DNA of 64,000 nucleotides from an uncultured cyanobacterium (GCA_963803805.1 CAWDOD010000002.1:480001-544000), one strand, 5' to 3'; counted from the first letter of the stretch, positions 9,212 to 20,180 are shown. Made by a program: numbers and translations. The notes: a model not told the origin generated them from the sequence alone.

Positions 9212-9619
9212 ATGCGTAAGTTTGCTTATTTCAGCTTTCTCGCTGGCTTATCTTGGTTGGCTATCGGCTTAAGCCCCAACTCTGTTAACGCCCAAAGCCA
9301 GTCTGATATTTCCGGAACCAATATTTGGAACAACGTTGCCCCCATAACTTCTGGGGAAAGTGGTTTAGATCCTGCCCTTGTTAGCCGGATTAGACAGCTT
9401 AATGCCGAAGCAGAACAAACCTTTCAAGACTGCAACGCAGCTATAGTCATTGCTGAACAACAACCTACAGGAGTTCGTCGTTTTTCCCGTCGTCCTAACC
9501 AAATCGCCATCCCTGCTGCTTGCCAGCGTCTCAACACTTTGAGGGGAGAAATGGAAACTCTCAGAACTAGTTTACAAAATCAACCCCAAGCTACAAGTAC
9601 AGATTTTTTCACTTGGTAG
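9212..9619 (+). CDS. Hypothetical secreted protein
   Basis: RBS AAGGAG, signal peptide, two Cys; co-oriented with its neighbours. Confidence 0.65.
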   Translation: MRKFAYFSFLAGLSWLAIGLSPNSVNAQSQSDISGTNIWNNVAPITSGESGLDPALVSRIRQLNAEAEQTFQDCNAAIVIAEQQPTGVRRFSRRPNQIAIPAACQRLNTLRGEMETLRTSLQNQPQATSTDFFTW

Positions 9620-9663
9620 CCATTAGTTATGAGCAACCAGAGTAGTCTAGAGGAATAAAAATT

Positions 9664-10293
9664 ATGAAGGCAAAAATAGGTTGTTTAGGAAGCAAATTAC
9701 TAACCACTGCTGTAGCAACAGGGTTAGTTAGTTTCTTAGCACCTTCAGTTCAAGCACAGGAATTCTTTGATGGCAACGCGATTGCTTTCAATGAAGATAC
9801 TATAATTGAATTTGAGTTTGTTGAATCCCATGGAGCTTACCAAGCTGCTTTGGGGGTCAGAAACGAAACAACAGGTCAAGAAACCGTATTGTTCCAAGAA
9901 CTTAAACCCTATGATAGCTTTGGTCAGGGAACAACAGAAAGTAGTTCTGTGGGTAATGATAACACCGGAACAGCAACAGATTTCCTTGGTTCAGTTGAAG
10001 GGGGAACCGTAGCTACACGCTTTACTGAATTTACCTTTGAAGCAGGAGAGCGATATTCCTTTTATTTAGTATCTGTTAGTCCCACCGGACAAACAAGTAG
10101 AACAGTTCTTTCTACCCAAAACTTTGCTCGCTTTTTCGGCAGCTTAAATGGTGGGCAGCAAGGAAATGTTACCGGAGTTCGTCTTGGTTGGGAAGATGGT
10201 GGCAGGGTCGAAGTTGGTAACGACAGCGACTATGATGACTTCATTATCGAAGCTGGAGGTTATTTACTAACCAATTGCCCCCCTCTACGTTAA
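9664..10293 (+). CDS. Secreted protein resembling DUF4114/PEP-CTERM-type surface domains, without the sorting tail
   Basis: Signal peptide; FEFVESHGAYQ and GWED...DSDYDDFII motifs. Confidence 0.6.
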   Translation: MKAKIGCLGSKLLTTAVATGLVSFLAPSVQAQEFFDGNAIAFNEDTIIEFEFVESHGAYQAALGVRNETTGQETVLFQELKPYDSFGQGTTESSSVGNDNTGTATDFLGSVEGGTVATRFTEFTFEAGERYSFYLVSVSPTGQTSRTVLSTQNFARFFGSLNGGQQGNVTGVRLGWEDGGRVEVGNDSDYDDFIIEAGGYLLTNCPPLR

Positions 10294-10300
10294 ATTAATT

Positions 10301-10340
10301 AAAAAGGTAGAGAGGTTTTTAAAAACTCATCTACCTTTTT
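10301..10340. terminator. Probable bidirectional terminator hairpin
   Basis: AAAAAGGTAGA...TCTACCTTTTT between convergent genes. Confidence 0.55.
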
Positions 10341-10390
10341 AGCTTTGAACCACATAAGGTACATAGCTTTTTCTCATGCTCCCTACTCCC

Positions 10391-10419
10391 TGTAGCCTAC
10401 GGCAAGGAAGTGCGCCAAC
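10391..10419 (+). repeat. Small dispersed repeat TGTAGCC...CGCCAAC
   Basis: Related copies in reverse orientation at 11612-11639 and 50247-50277; the copies sit in or beside heptamer tandem repeats. Confidence 0.6.
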
Positions 10420-10480
10420 CCTACTCCCTACCCTCACAGATAAGTCATGTGACCCACGCCCGATTTGGTATTACCTATTA

Positions 10481-11594
10481 CTACAATCCTCTTGCTGTTT
10501 CAGTAACAATTAAATCCACAACATCTTGATAATTGCCTCGTTTTTCATAAGCTTGTCGTTGTCTTTGGGCAGCATTGCCTCGTTTAAGAGTTTGCTTAAC
10601 CAAAGTAGAAATCTCTTGCCAATCTCCTGCGGCTTCCAATGCAGGGCGAATCTCTTCTAACAAAGCTGCAACCAATTCCTTAGCGGGAACAGAATGCTGA
10701 TTAACCACATCAATTAAGTTTCCTGTCAATCCATAACGGGCAGCTTGCCAATGAGCAGATCGTAGCAATTCGTGGCGCACAGGGGCAAACTCTTTTGCTT
10801 CTACAGCTTGTTGATAACAAGTCCAAACTAAAGCCCTGGTTAACCCCGCCATCATCACTGCTTCATCTACGGTTAAGCAAATATCTGTCACCCGAAACTC
10901 AATGGTAGGAAACTTTTCCGAGATGCGGACGTCCCAATAAATTTTGGTAGGATCATTGATGGCTTCTGTGGTGATCAGGGCTTTAACTAACTGTTCATAT
11001 TCGCTATAATTAGCAAAGACTAAAGGTGGCCCAGTTAAAGGTAAACGATACCAAAGTTCTGTACGATAGCTATCATAGCCAGTATCTTTGCCTAACCAGA
11101 AAGGGGAGTTGGCTGTCAGGGCTAACAGTGTTGCTAACCAAATGCGGGCGCGGTTAATGGTTTGGATTGCTAGTTCATGATCTTCTAAGCAAACATGAAC
11201 ATGACAGCCAAAAATCACTAAATCTTTGATGATTTGTTGATATTCTTGCATCAAGCCCCTGTAACGCTCTTTGGGAGTGGTTTGTTGCTTTTGCCAATGG
11301 GAAAAAGGATGGGTTCCTGCGGCGGCGATGGTTTTCCCTTCTTGGGCAGTAGTTTCAATTAAGGTGCGTCGAGAATTGCTGACTAATTCCCGCACTTCTG
11401 CTAAATTATGACAAACAGGGGTAGCAATTTCAATTTGAGAGCGGTGCATTTCCGGTTGCACAACATCTTCTCCTAATTCTTCCCTTGCAGTCGGAATCAG
11501 TTTTTTGCCCCGTTCAATCAATTCTCGCGTTTCAGAGATCAACTACCTGATACTCTTCTTCAACACCAATTGTAAAATCTTTTATAGAAAGCAT
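10481..11594 (-). CDS. ybdK: Carboxylate-amine ligase (GCS2/YbdK family) with a frameshift near 11535
   Basis: ATG at 11594 gives MLSIKDFTIGVEEEYQVVD; one extra base then joins ETRELI..., with GCHVHV, YWDVR and TIEFRVTD motifs. Confidence 0.85.
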
Positions 11595-11922
11595 TTTAAT
11601 TATTTATCATTGTTGGCGTAAGCCTTGCCGTAGGCTACATTGAACATTAAACATTTCACCAATTTTGTAGGGTGTGTTTGTGCGGCGATAAAACTATTAA
11701 TTAAAATAGTAGATTTATGATTCAGCACTTAACGCACCATTTCCTAGTTGCTGGTTGATTTAGATTATGGGTTAAAATTTAGTTATTCTCACTAATTTAA
11801 CAGAAGAATTTAAGCAAGGAAATCGCTCTTCCGCTATGTATTTCAGGGAAAACGTCTATTTCTTCAGAGAGGGATGACTTGGAGACTGGGTGACTGGGTG
11901 ATGGGAAAGTAATAAGTAATAA

Positions 11923-11996
11923 GTAGGGGCGATCCGTTTCCCAGATGTTATTGACAAACCAGGGTTTAAATTGGGTCGCCCTTAACAAGTAATAAG
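11923..11996. repeat. REP-like GTAGGGGCGA...TGGGTCGCCC repeat
   Basis: A second copy (AAACCAGAGTTTAAATTGGGTCGCCC) lies at about 38072-38130. Confidence 0.55.
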
Positions 11997-12237
11997 TTAA
12001 GAGTATAATATTTTTTAGTTCTCTTTTCCCTGAGCTTTTTACCATTAGCGACTAGTAGTCTTTGTCGCAGATTTGCTACTGTGTTTCGGTGACAGCCAAA
12101 TGTCTTAGCTGCTTCCTTCCTAATAAGTAAATTAAATGCCTAACAGCTTACTTCTCATCACCCATATTTAATTGCTGATGCCAAATCTGCCTGGTAGCAT
12201 GGAAATGCTATATCAATACCTGAGAGATCATAACAAT

Positions 12238-13644
12238 TCAATCCCTTCTTACCAAACATTCTTTTGCTAATTCTTGGACTTGTTCATAATTCACTTTCCC
12301 TTGGGCATTGCGAGGCAAAATAGGGGTTGCTAGCCAATATTTAGGTTGCTTAAACTTACATAATTGATTAGCAATAGCGCCTTTCAATTCATTAATAGCA
12401 GTTTCTGATTGCCGGGGAACATAAACTGCTGTAACAGCTTGTCCCCAATAACTATCTGCTAAACCAATGACACAAACATCTTCAACTAACCGAGTTGAAT
12501 AAATAGCTGCTTCTACTTCATTGGGATAAACTTTCTCTCCCCCGGTAATAATCTTTTTGCTGCAACGTCCAACAATATGTAAATATCCTTCCTGATCAAA
12601 ATAACCTAAATCATCAGGTTGGAAAATATCTGTTTGAGCAAAGAGTTGGGGATAGTAACCTAAACAAACAGATTCAGCTTCGATGGTAATAGTCCCTATT
12701 TCCCCCGCCCCACATTCTCTACCCTCACGGTCAGAGATTTTTACTTGGGTATGGGGTAAAATCTGACCACAGCTATTATTCCCGGCTAAAAAGTCTTCTG
12801 GTTTTAAGGTGACGATTTGGGAAGCTGTCTCTGTCATACCGTAGGTAAGTGCCAAAGAAATTTTATTAAACCTTGCCTTAGCTAACAATTCCTGCCAAGG
12901 AGGTGCGCCCCCTAAAAGTACTGTTTGAAACTGGGATAGCCAAGTTGTGGCAGTGGAAGTGAGGAGATATTGCAGTTGGGTAGGTACTAAGGAGATGTAA
13001 AATTCTTTGGGGTCTATGTTGGGCCTAACTCCGGCTTTTAAGGCTTTGTAGGGCAAAACCAACAAACGTCCTCCAGTTAAAAAAGAGCGCAAAAATTGCA
13101 TCAAACCACTAACATGGTACAAGGGAAGAACGCAACAAGAATTAATCGCTTTAGCGCCAAAATAGCTTTGAAAACCCTTGACAGATGCACTCAAAGTTTC
13201 CCAAGTATGGATTGCAAAACGAATTTTACCTGAAGATCCTCCGGTAGGAATCATGATTTTATCTGCATAGAAATTTTTTTTTCCATCTCGAAGGGAATTA
13301 GAGAGAGGGAAATGATATTTGTCAACAGGAAAATCTAATTTTTCTCCCCAGACTAGATCCGGTTGCACTAAATCAAAAACCTGCTGCCATTCTTTAGCTA
13401 TCCAATGAGGATTGCAGAGAAACAGAGGACATCTAGCCGCCACAGCCGCTAAGAATCCGGCGATAAATTTGAGAGGATCACTTTGGGCTAAAAAAATAGT
13501 TGGCGTTTCACCATTTTTAGATAGCTGAGTTAGTTGCTGTAATAATTCTTGAGTTAAGGCATTTAGCTGATTGAGATCAAAATCAACTAACCAATTATCT
13601 TGGCTACGTTCATGTAGAGAAGTAATAATTTGTTCTACTCTCAT
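12238..13644 (-). CDS. menE: O-succinylbenzoate-CoA ligase
   Basis: AMP-binding motifs PTGGSSG and YGMTET; adjacent to menC. Confidence 0.9.
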   Translation of the reverse strand: MRVEQIITSLHERSQDNWLVDFDLNQLNALTQELLQQLTQLSKNGETPTIFLAQSDPLKFIAGFLAAVAARCPLFLCNPHWIAKEWQQVFDLVQPDLVWGEKLDFPVDKYHFPLSNSLRDGKKNFYADKIMIPTGGSSGKIRFAIHTWETLSASVKGFQSYFGAKAINSCCVLPLYHVSGLMQFLRSFLTGGRLLVLPYKALKAGVRPNIDPKEFYISLVPTQLQYLLTSTATTWLSQFQTVLLGGAPPWQELLAKARFNKISLALTYGMTETASQIVTLKPEDFLAGNNSCGQILPHTQVKISDREGRECGAGEIGTITIEAESVCLGYYPQLFAQTDIFQPDDLGYFDQEGYLHIVGRCSKKIITGGEKVYPNEVEAAIYSTRLVEDVCVIGLADSYWGQAVTAVYVPRQSETAINELKGAIANQLCKFKQPKYWLATPILPRNAQGKVNYEQVQELAKECLVRRD

Positions 13645-13701
13645 CAGTTATCAATTATTAATTATCAATTATCAGTTATCACTTGTCGTCTGGGACTTAA
13701 A

Positions 13702-14622
13702 TTATTTACAAAACCACCTATCGACACCGAAACCCACGGCACGATGGGGAGAAGAGAGTTCTGTTGCTAAGCGGAGTGCCGCTTTTCTCCCTACTTCTGT
13801 TGCCAAAACTGATGAGAAAACCGTATCAATGTGGTATTGCTGACATAGCTTTCTTAATCTTCGGGGAGATCCGGCGATCGCAGCTTTAATGACAAAGATG
13901 CTTCGCCATCCTTGGCGATAACAATCTTCTAGTTGCTTGAGGGTGGCTACCGACTCATCTAAAGCTAGAGGGGTAGCATATTCACTACTCAAAGCCAACA
14001 TTGCCATAAACTGGGAAGGAGCAAGAGGTTGTTCAAGATATTCAACAGTACCGGATGTACTGTCTGCGGCTTTTAACCATCCTTGAGCCTTTTCTAGGTT
14101 TAATCCTCCGTTGGCATCAAGGCGTAGCTTAGCTGCTGATGGCAAATTTTTGATAAGTTGGTGAAAGATGGCCAGTTCTTCTTGAACAGGGGCAAGACCA
14201 ATCTTCCATTTAAAGGTTAATTCTCTACTCTTTGAGTATAACTGTAAACTGGTTAAAGCGTCTTCCCCAGCAGGCAATAAATAGCTGTATTTTAAAGAGT
14301 GCTTTGGGTTAAGTTTATGGAGATCAGTTTCCAACTCTTCTAAAGCTGATTCAAAAGCAAACTGACAAGCTGGTAATTGCTCAGGAATGGCGAAAATTGT
14401 TGTTTTGCTAACTTGAGATGGTAATTCGCGACAAAACTTCTCTGCCGCAACTAAAGTTTCTGAACCAAACCAAGGCAAAGGGGCAATTTCTCCCCAACCT
14501 TCTTTTCCCTCACCATCGGTAAGGCAAATAATAATGCCTTCTCGTACCTCCCAAACCCCGTGACTAGTTTTTAAGGGTTGGCGAAAACGGCGTTGGTAAG
14601 GGATGAAGGTGAATTGGTACAT
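13702..14622 (-). CDS. menC: o-succinylbenzoate synthase
   Basis: Enolase-superfamily motifs FKWKIG, LRLDANG, EQP and DES. Confidence 0.92.
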   Translation of the reverse strand: MYQFTFIPYQRRFRQPLKTSHGVWEVREGIIICLTDGEGKEGWGEIAPLPWFGSETLVAAEKFCRELPSQVSKTTIFAIPEQLPACQFAFESALEELETDLHKLNPKHSLKYSYLLPAGEDALTSLQLYSKSRELTFKWKIGLAPVQEELAIFHQLIKNLPSAAKLRLDANGGLNLEKAQGWLKAADSTSGTVEYLEQPLAPSQFMAMLALSSEYATPLALDESVATLKQLEDCYRQGWRSIFVIKAAIAGSPRRLRKLCQQYHIDTVFSSVLATEVGRKAALRLATELSSPHRAVGFGVDRWFCK

Positions 14623-14693
14623 ATTGCTAGTGGCTAATCGCTAGTGGCTAGTAGCTAATTGGAAACCTTATTTTACCTTTTACCCCTTATCCC

Positions 14694-15698
14694 TTATCCC
14701 TTATCCTTTAAAAACTCATCCACTTCAACTGCCGTTGGTTGAGAGGCGATCGCGCCGGGCTTAGTTGTGGTTAAAGCCCCTACTGCACAAGCATAGGTAA
14801 CAACTTCCTTGGCTACCTGGGCATCTTTTAAGCTAGCAATACCTCGTTTTGCTAGTTGGTGAATTAAACCTGCTACAAAACTATCCCCTGCCCCAGTAGT
14901 TTCTTCCACCTCTACAGAAAAAGAAGTCAGTTTCCCTTCATTTTCTCCCAGGCAGTAACTAATATCTCCATCCCCTGCGGTGACTAAAACCCCTTCTACT
15001 GTATCAAGGCGATATTTAATTGCCCCCGCATCAGTAGTGTCAAATAACCATTCTGCTTCTTCATCAGATAATTTTAGGAAGTCTATATAGGGCCATAGCT
15101 TCTTGATCCAGCTTAGGGCAACTTCAGTATCATCCCAAAACATGGGCCGCCAGTTAACATCTAAAACCACTTTTAAGCCGTACTGTTCAGCTAATTCCAA
15201 AGCACGGAAAACTGCTGAACGAGTTTGGGGATAAGCTAATTCTAGAGTCCCAATCACCAAAAAATCTGCTGTAGCGAAGAGGTTAGTTGGTAACTTTTGC
15301 GGATCAAGAAAGGCATCGGCAAACTCATCGGCTTTTTGATCACCAAATCCAGCAAACTCGCGATCGCCTGTTTCTGAACGTAAGACATAAATTTGCCTGG
15401 TGGGGGCGCTAGGATGATGTTGAACTCCAGAAATATCAACCCCTACTTCTTGGCACAACTGCATTAACTCTTTTCCTGGTTCATCTACCCCCACACAACC
15501 AACAAAACCGGCCCTAGTCCCCAACTTAACTAAAGCACAAGCAACATTAGCAGGGGCCCCTCCTGGATAAGGAGTCCAAGCCGTCACCTCTTCTAATTTC
15601 TTGCCTCGCTCATTAGCCAAACAATCAAAGAGAATTTCCCCTAAACAAAGAACAGATAAATTACTCACTCTTATCCTAGCCCTCATACCATTCAACAT
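14694..15698 (-). CDS. PfkB-family carbohydrate kinase (fructokinase-like); real start probably GTG at 15668
   Basis: GGAPANVA, DVNWRP and TTGAGDSF motifs. Confidence 0.9.
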   Translation of the reverse strand: MLNGMRARIRVSNLSVLCLGEILFDCLANERGKKLEEVTAWTPYPGGAPANVACALVKLGTRAGFVGCVGVDEPGKELMQLCQEVGVDISGVQHHPSAPTRQIYVLRSETGDREFAGFGDQKADEFADAFLDPQKLPTNLFATADFLVIGTLELAYPQTRSAVFRALELAEQYGLKVVLDVNWRPMFWDDTEVALSWIKKLWPYIDFLKLSDEEAEWLFDTTDAGAIKYRLDTVEGVLVTAGDGDISYCLGENEGKLTSFSVEVEETTGAGDSFVAGLIHQLAKRGIASLKDAQVAKEVVTYACAVGALTTTKPGAIASQPTAVEVDEFLKDKG

Positions 15699-15734
15699 TT
15701 AACATTTAACATTTAACATTTAATATTCAACATT
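15692..15734. repeat. Heptamer tandem repeat (TTAACAT)n, STRR-type
   Basis: About six imperfect 7-bp copies; similar tracts at 35483-35540 (TTGATMA) and 46704-46735 (TAGCAAC). Confidence 0.75.
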
Positions 15735-15865
15735 GAGCAATTAGTAATCTAAAACACCCTCTGAAATAACTTTTTCCTTAAATACTGCAAAGTATTGTCT
15801 TCAAAGTGACTTATATCTTCTAAAATTGAAACGACTGTAAGTAAATATACCAAGAGTAAAAACCT

Positions 15866-16159
15866 ATGGCTGGCTGTGAATCTCATCCAACTTCGGTACT
15901 TTCTGAGCGAGAACTCCAAATTATAGAACTTGTAGCTTCCGGGTTAACTAATTTTGAAGTAGCCCAAAAGCTAGAAATTAGCAAAAGAACTGTTGATAAT
16001 CACATCAGCAATATTCTCAACAAAACTGCTACAGGCAACCGCGTAGCTATGGTTCGTTGGGCTTTGTTATCAGGAAAAGTTTGTTTAGATAACTGGAATT
16101 GCTGCTATCTACCTAACGATCAAGCTATATCTCCTAGCTTGGCTTCGGAAGCAGTTTAG
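15866..16159 (+). CDS. pedR: Small LuxR-type regulator, PedR-like
   Basis: Stand-alone LuxR HTH with C-terminal GKVCLDNWNCC cysteines. Confidence 0.8.
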   Translation: MAGCESHPTSVLSERELQIIELVASGLTNFEVAQKLEISKRTVDNHISNILNKTATGNRVAMVRWALLSGKVCLDNWNCCYLPNDQAISPSLASEAV

Positions 16160-16190
16160 GCTAATCTACACACGACTAATTCAAACCTCA

Positions 16191-16811
16191 ATGTATCTCA
16201 GATTAAGAAAATTTGGCTTGTTGTTAATGGGCAAACTAAAAAGCAAACTTCCTCATCTACAACAACTCAGTTTCTATATCTTGATGGCATTTTTGTTAAT
16301 TAATCTTAATAGTTGTAGTGATCGCGGTTTTGTTACCCCGCCAGCAAAGAATTTAGGTTCTAGCCTGAATAGCAAAGCCGCAGAAAGATATCCTCATTTT
16401 TCTTATGATGGTCGCTATCTTGTATTCGCTTCAGATCGCCGCGGACAAAGAAGTATTTTCTTTTATGAATTACTATCCCGTCGGTTATTAGAATTACCAG
16501 GACTAAACCAACCAGGTAGTATGCAAGATCAACCAGATATTAGCGCAGATGGTCGCTATATCGTCTATGTTTCCGAACAGCTTGGGAAACCAGATATCTT
16601 CATTTATGATCGCAAGATAGGCAAAGCAGAGGCAATTACCAAGGATCTTTTAGGAGAAGTACGCCATCCTTCTATGAGCGGTAATGGTCGTTTTGTTACT
16701 TTTGAGATTAATCGTGCTGGTCAATGGGATTTAGAAATTTATGATCGCGGTTCTGGTATTGAACTTTCTATTCCCCAAGCGCCAAAAATCATAGCACCCT
16801 CTGCTGAGTAA
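16191..16811 (+). CDS. TolB-like (PD40 repeat) protein, probable lipoprotein
   Basis: Repeated SxDGRYxV motifs; hydrophobic stretch ending in Cys. Confidence 0.8.
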   Translation: MYLRLRKFGLLLMGKLKSKLPHLQQLSFYILMAFLLINLNSCSDRGFVTPPAKNLGSSLNSKAAERYPHFSYDGRYLVFASDRRGQRSIFFYELLSRRLLELPGLNQPGSMQDQPDISADGRYIVYVSEQLGKPDIFIYDRKIGKAEAITKDLLGEVRHPSMSGNGRFVTFEINRAGQWDLEIYDRGSGIELSIPQAPKIIAPSAE

Positions 16812-17213
16812 TTAGGTGATAGGTAATAATAGCTAATGTTTTTGAGAAATACTTGGATTGAAAATTTTAATGAATAAAAGTTTGTTAATCAAACTATTTT
16901 ATAAATAACTCATAAAAGGAAAATATCTTACTAAAGAACAGCTATTAATTTAGTCAAATCTGTTTTTGCTATGTTAACCAAGTAACTTTTTTTGCCTATT
17001 CATTCTCAACAACAAGTTATTGTTCCTAAAAAAGAGCAAAAATATGGATATTTCTGTTTCGTTCTGAAAGAAAGTTTCTGAACTTTACACAAATTAATTT
17101 GATGAAGAGTTGATGAAGATGGCTTTTGTTGTCCACAGAAAATGTATTCTATGGTGGCTGGACTGAAAATTCAGCTCAATATCTCCATTCGGAAACTAAC
17201 TAACACGATTATT

Positions 17214-17825
17214 ATGAAAACTAGTCATTTTCTAGTCAATTCATCTTTGACCTTTCTTGGTTGCTCTTGTTTAATTGTATCACCAGCTACTGCACAAATC
17301 CTTAACTTAGAAGTACTCAGTGCTGATATCACAACAGAAGAAACTGATTTCAAATTAAATACCTTAGATATCCCCACTGCTGGGGAGTTAGATCCTACAA
17401 ATTTGTTCCGTTTTGATTGGGATATTCAAGCTCTAAATACTTTCGATTTTCCTGTACTTGCTGACCTTCTTTCCTTTGATTTATTTGAAATAGATGAAAA
17501 CGGAGAAGACGACTTTCTAGGAAATTTCGTTTTTGGTCCTCCTTCTCAGGATGTCATTATAGCACCAGGACAAATAGGTCGCGCTCCTTGTGTTTTTCCT
17601 GATACTTGTTCCCGACGTTTTAATATCCCAGGAAGTCAACTTAACCCAGCTATAGATGATTTTGAAGGCAGCCAGCTTGAGTTTGCTTTAAGAAATGTGC
17701 AAGTCACAGCTTCAAGAATTCAGGAGCCACCTTCACTGGTTCCTGAACCAGGTACAACTGCCGCTACTATCCTTGCTGGCATCACAGCAGCTTTAGTTTG
17801 TAAGCAACGTAAGGATGCGAAATAA
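17214..17825 (+). CDS. PEP-CTERM sorting-domain protein
   Basis: Signal peptide from ATG 17214; C-terminal VPEP, TM helix and basic tail. Confidence 0.8.
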   Translation: MKTSHFLVNSSLTFLGCSCLIVSPATAQILNLEVLSADITTEETDFKLNTLDIPTAGELDPTNLFRFDWDIQALNTFDFPVLADLLSFDLFEIDENGEDDFLGNFVFGPPSQDVIIAPGQIGRAPCVFPDTCSRRFNIPGSQLNPAIDDFEGSQLEFALRNVQVTASRIQEPPSLVPEPGTTAATILAGITAALVCKQRKDAK

Positions 17826-18134
17826 CTGATACCGTTTTTCTTTAGTTATGTCGGAAAGATACTGGTTTAATTAAGCAGAAAAACAAGTTTCACGAGAAAC
17901 CGAAGAAAAGCTATGAGCTAAGACACATTAAAACTATAATTTCCGGCATTAATTAAATAACTGTCAATGTCTTTACTTGTTCCCTATTCCCTGTTCCCTT
18001 ACCTCACCAACCAATTTACAAGCATAACAGCTTAAGCAGGGCTGTCTCCTTTTTAAAAAAAGAAGGTAGCCCTCATTTTAAGTAATTTTTATCAATAAAA
18101 TATCAAAGCAATATATTTTATAACATCAAAGGAA

Positions 18135-18806
18135 CTATAAACTATCAGCCACTAGCAACTGCCAAACTTGTTGAGCTTCTTGTAAAAAAGGGATAATTTC
18201 TTCTTCCTCACAACGTCTTTCTTGATGATAGTAAAGAAAGTAGTTATCTTTCACTTCACTACAAATATTCTGGGTAGAGGATTGATTTATATACAAATCT
18301 TGTACTTCTATATTGAAGCTATGGCGAATACTTTCAGCATCTTCTCCGGTTAAGCGATAATACTCGGCGAAATTGCGATTACCATCAACTTCGACACTTG
18401 CACTGCGGAATTTATCAATTAAGAGACGGAATACCTTACTATCTGGCTGTAAGGTGAAGTTCGGCAGATTAAGAGTAACGAAATCGAAACAAATTATAGT
18501 TTGGGTAATCGTCGTTTTATTACAGTAAAAAGAATAATCAAAAATATAAAAACGGGCATCTTCTAAATATCCACAGATAACATTCCTGATTTTAGGATAA
18601 ACTTGCCTACTCAAAAGCTGAAACTGGTTGATCTTCGGGAGAATGTTAGATTTGTTCTGACTATAAAAATGCCAACCCATTTTTTGAGCCAGGAGTTTTA
18701 AATTATGACTTCTCCTCAACTCTTTTAAGTAAACTAACTCAAGGGCTACTACAGTTAAACCAAGGATAATTAATAAAGCTATGCGCCGCGATTCCATAAC
18801 CTGCAC
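18135..18806 (-). CDS. Hypothetical membrane-anchored protein
   Basis: 223-aa ORF with an N-terminal TM helix. Confidence 0.6.
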   Translation of the reverse strand: MQVMESRRIALLIILGLTVVALELVYLKELRRSHNLKLLAQKMGWHFYSQNKSNILPKINQFQLLSRQVYPKIRNVICGYLEDARFYIFDYSFYCNKTTITQTIICFDFVTLNLPNFTLQPDSKVFRLLIDKFRSASVEVDGNRNFAEYYRLTGEDAESIRHSFNIEVQDLYINQSSTQNICSEVKDNYFLYYHQERRCEEEEIIPFLQEAQQVWQLLVADSL

Positions 18807-18916
18807 CCTAAATATCCTGTTTGAAAATCACAGGTAAACTTAATTCTATAACCACCACAAGTCTGTAGTTCATTTTATGTAACTGTAGTAGTAAATTTCT
18901 CCAAAGGTCTATTGTT

Positions 18917-20161
18917 TTGCTCACAAAATTCCTTTCCCAGAAACAGCTAGTTATAATCATCAGCTTTTTGATTGCGGGTAGTATTCTCAGGCTACTATGG
19001 GCAGCGGATATGCAGTGGCAAAGTGATGAAATCTGTATGTTTGAACAGGCACAGCTAATTGCTAAGGGGAATTTAACCCCAACTTTGTGGTGTACCCAAA
19101 AAAGTTCTATTCCTGTTCCTCACCCCTATGTAGGGGTATGGATTTTTGGGGCGATCGCAGTTTTTGCTAAAGATCCGGTATCTATGGTGCGTTGGGTACA
19201 ATGGTTCAATGTAGCAACAATTTGGCTATTTTTTAGCTTCATTATCTCCCAAATGACTCCAAAAAATAGAAAACCTTGGTTATGGGGGTTAGCCATTGCT
19301 GCTGTTAATCCTTGGGCAATTACCCTCTCTCGGAAAATTTGGATACCAGATTTACTTGCTCCTTTTTGTTTCTTCGTTTTTTTGGGACACTGGTTTAGAA
19401 AGAAGTTTTGGGGCAGTTTTATTTGGGGAATGGCTAGTATTTTAAGCGCCCAAGTCCACATGAGTGGCTTTTTCTTAACCGCAGGACTTTTCTTGGGAAC
19501 AATTTGGCAAGATTATCAAGAAAGAGATTTCCGCAAATTACCTTGGTTTGCTTATCTATTAGGTATGGGGGCTGGTAGTATTTTCCTAATTCCTTGGCTT
19601 TTAGCAATTTTGCCCCAAATAGGAGAACATACTGAATCAATTGAACAATCCCTTAACCTCTTTCCTCGCTTTTATTTGCAATGGTTAGAAGCTGCTTTAG
19701 GGATTAACCTTAGCAACATACTCTGGGGGGCTTTTTGGCGTGATTTTCTCAAAGAACCTTTGGTTTTTGGTATTCCCACTTATTTAATGATTCCCGCCCA
19801 TTTATTTTTAGTTGGTATTGGTTTATTTCCTTTTTACAGATGGTTCAAATCGAGACAAAACCCTCATCCTAAACAGCCTAAACTCAATTTTTACTTTAAA
19901 GCTATGGCTTTTGGTGTTGGTGGTTTGTTTACCTTAGCTAGAGTTAATGTACATTCCCACTACATCGCTATCATTTTTCCCTTTAATTACATTTGGCTTG
20001 CTCAACTTTACCAAAATCGGGTGAAATTACTATTTGCGATCGCCATAGCACAACTATTAATTAGCTTAACTTTCCTCATTTTCATTCATCGTACCGGGGG
20101 AATTCCTTTTGGTGAGTCTGTTTACGGACTTACCTACAGAGTTCAGATGTTGAATAAGTAA
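18917..20161 (+). CDS. Polytopic membrane protein, GT-C/ArnT-PMT-like glycosyltransferase (paralog 1)
   Basis: TM1 followed by W-x-x-DE, SRKIW motif and many TM helices. Confidence 0.6.
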   Translation: MLTKFLSQKQLVIIISFLIAGSILRLLWAADMQWQSDEICMFEQAQLIAKGNLTPTLWCTQKSSIPVPHPYVGVWIFGAIAVFAKDPVSMVRWVQWFNVATIWLFFSFIISQMTPKNRKPWLWGLAIAAVNPWAITLSRKIWIPDLLAPFCFFVFLGHWFRKKFWGSFIWGMASILSAQVHMSGFFLTAGLFLGTIWQDYQERDFRKLPWFAYLLGMGAGSIFLIPWLLAILPQIGEHTESIEQSLNLFPRFYLQWLEAALGINLSNILWGAFWRDFLKEPLVFGIPTYLMIPAHLFLVGIGLFPFYRWFKSRQNPHPKQPKLNFYFKAMAFGVGGLFTLARVNVHSHYIAIIFPFNYIWLAQLYQNRVKLLFAIAIAQLLISLTFLIFIHRTGGIPFGESVYGLTYRVQMLNK

Positions 20162-20180
20162 TTGCGGCGTTGCTAATACT

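Noticed and set aside
11797-12045. 82-aa minus-strand ORF
   Set aside because: It is built from REP-like and heptamer repeats and is probably non-coding.
15837-15850. GTA-N8-TAC upstream of pedR as an NtcA site
   Set aside because: A six-base match is common by chance in AT-rich DNA and has no supporting promoter geometry.
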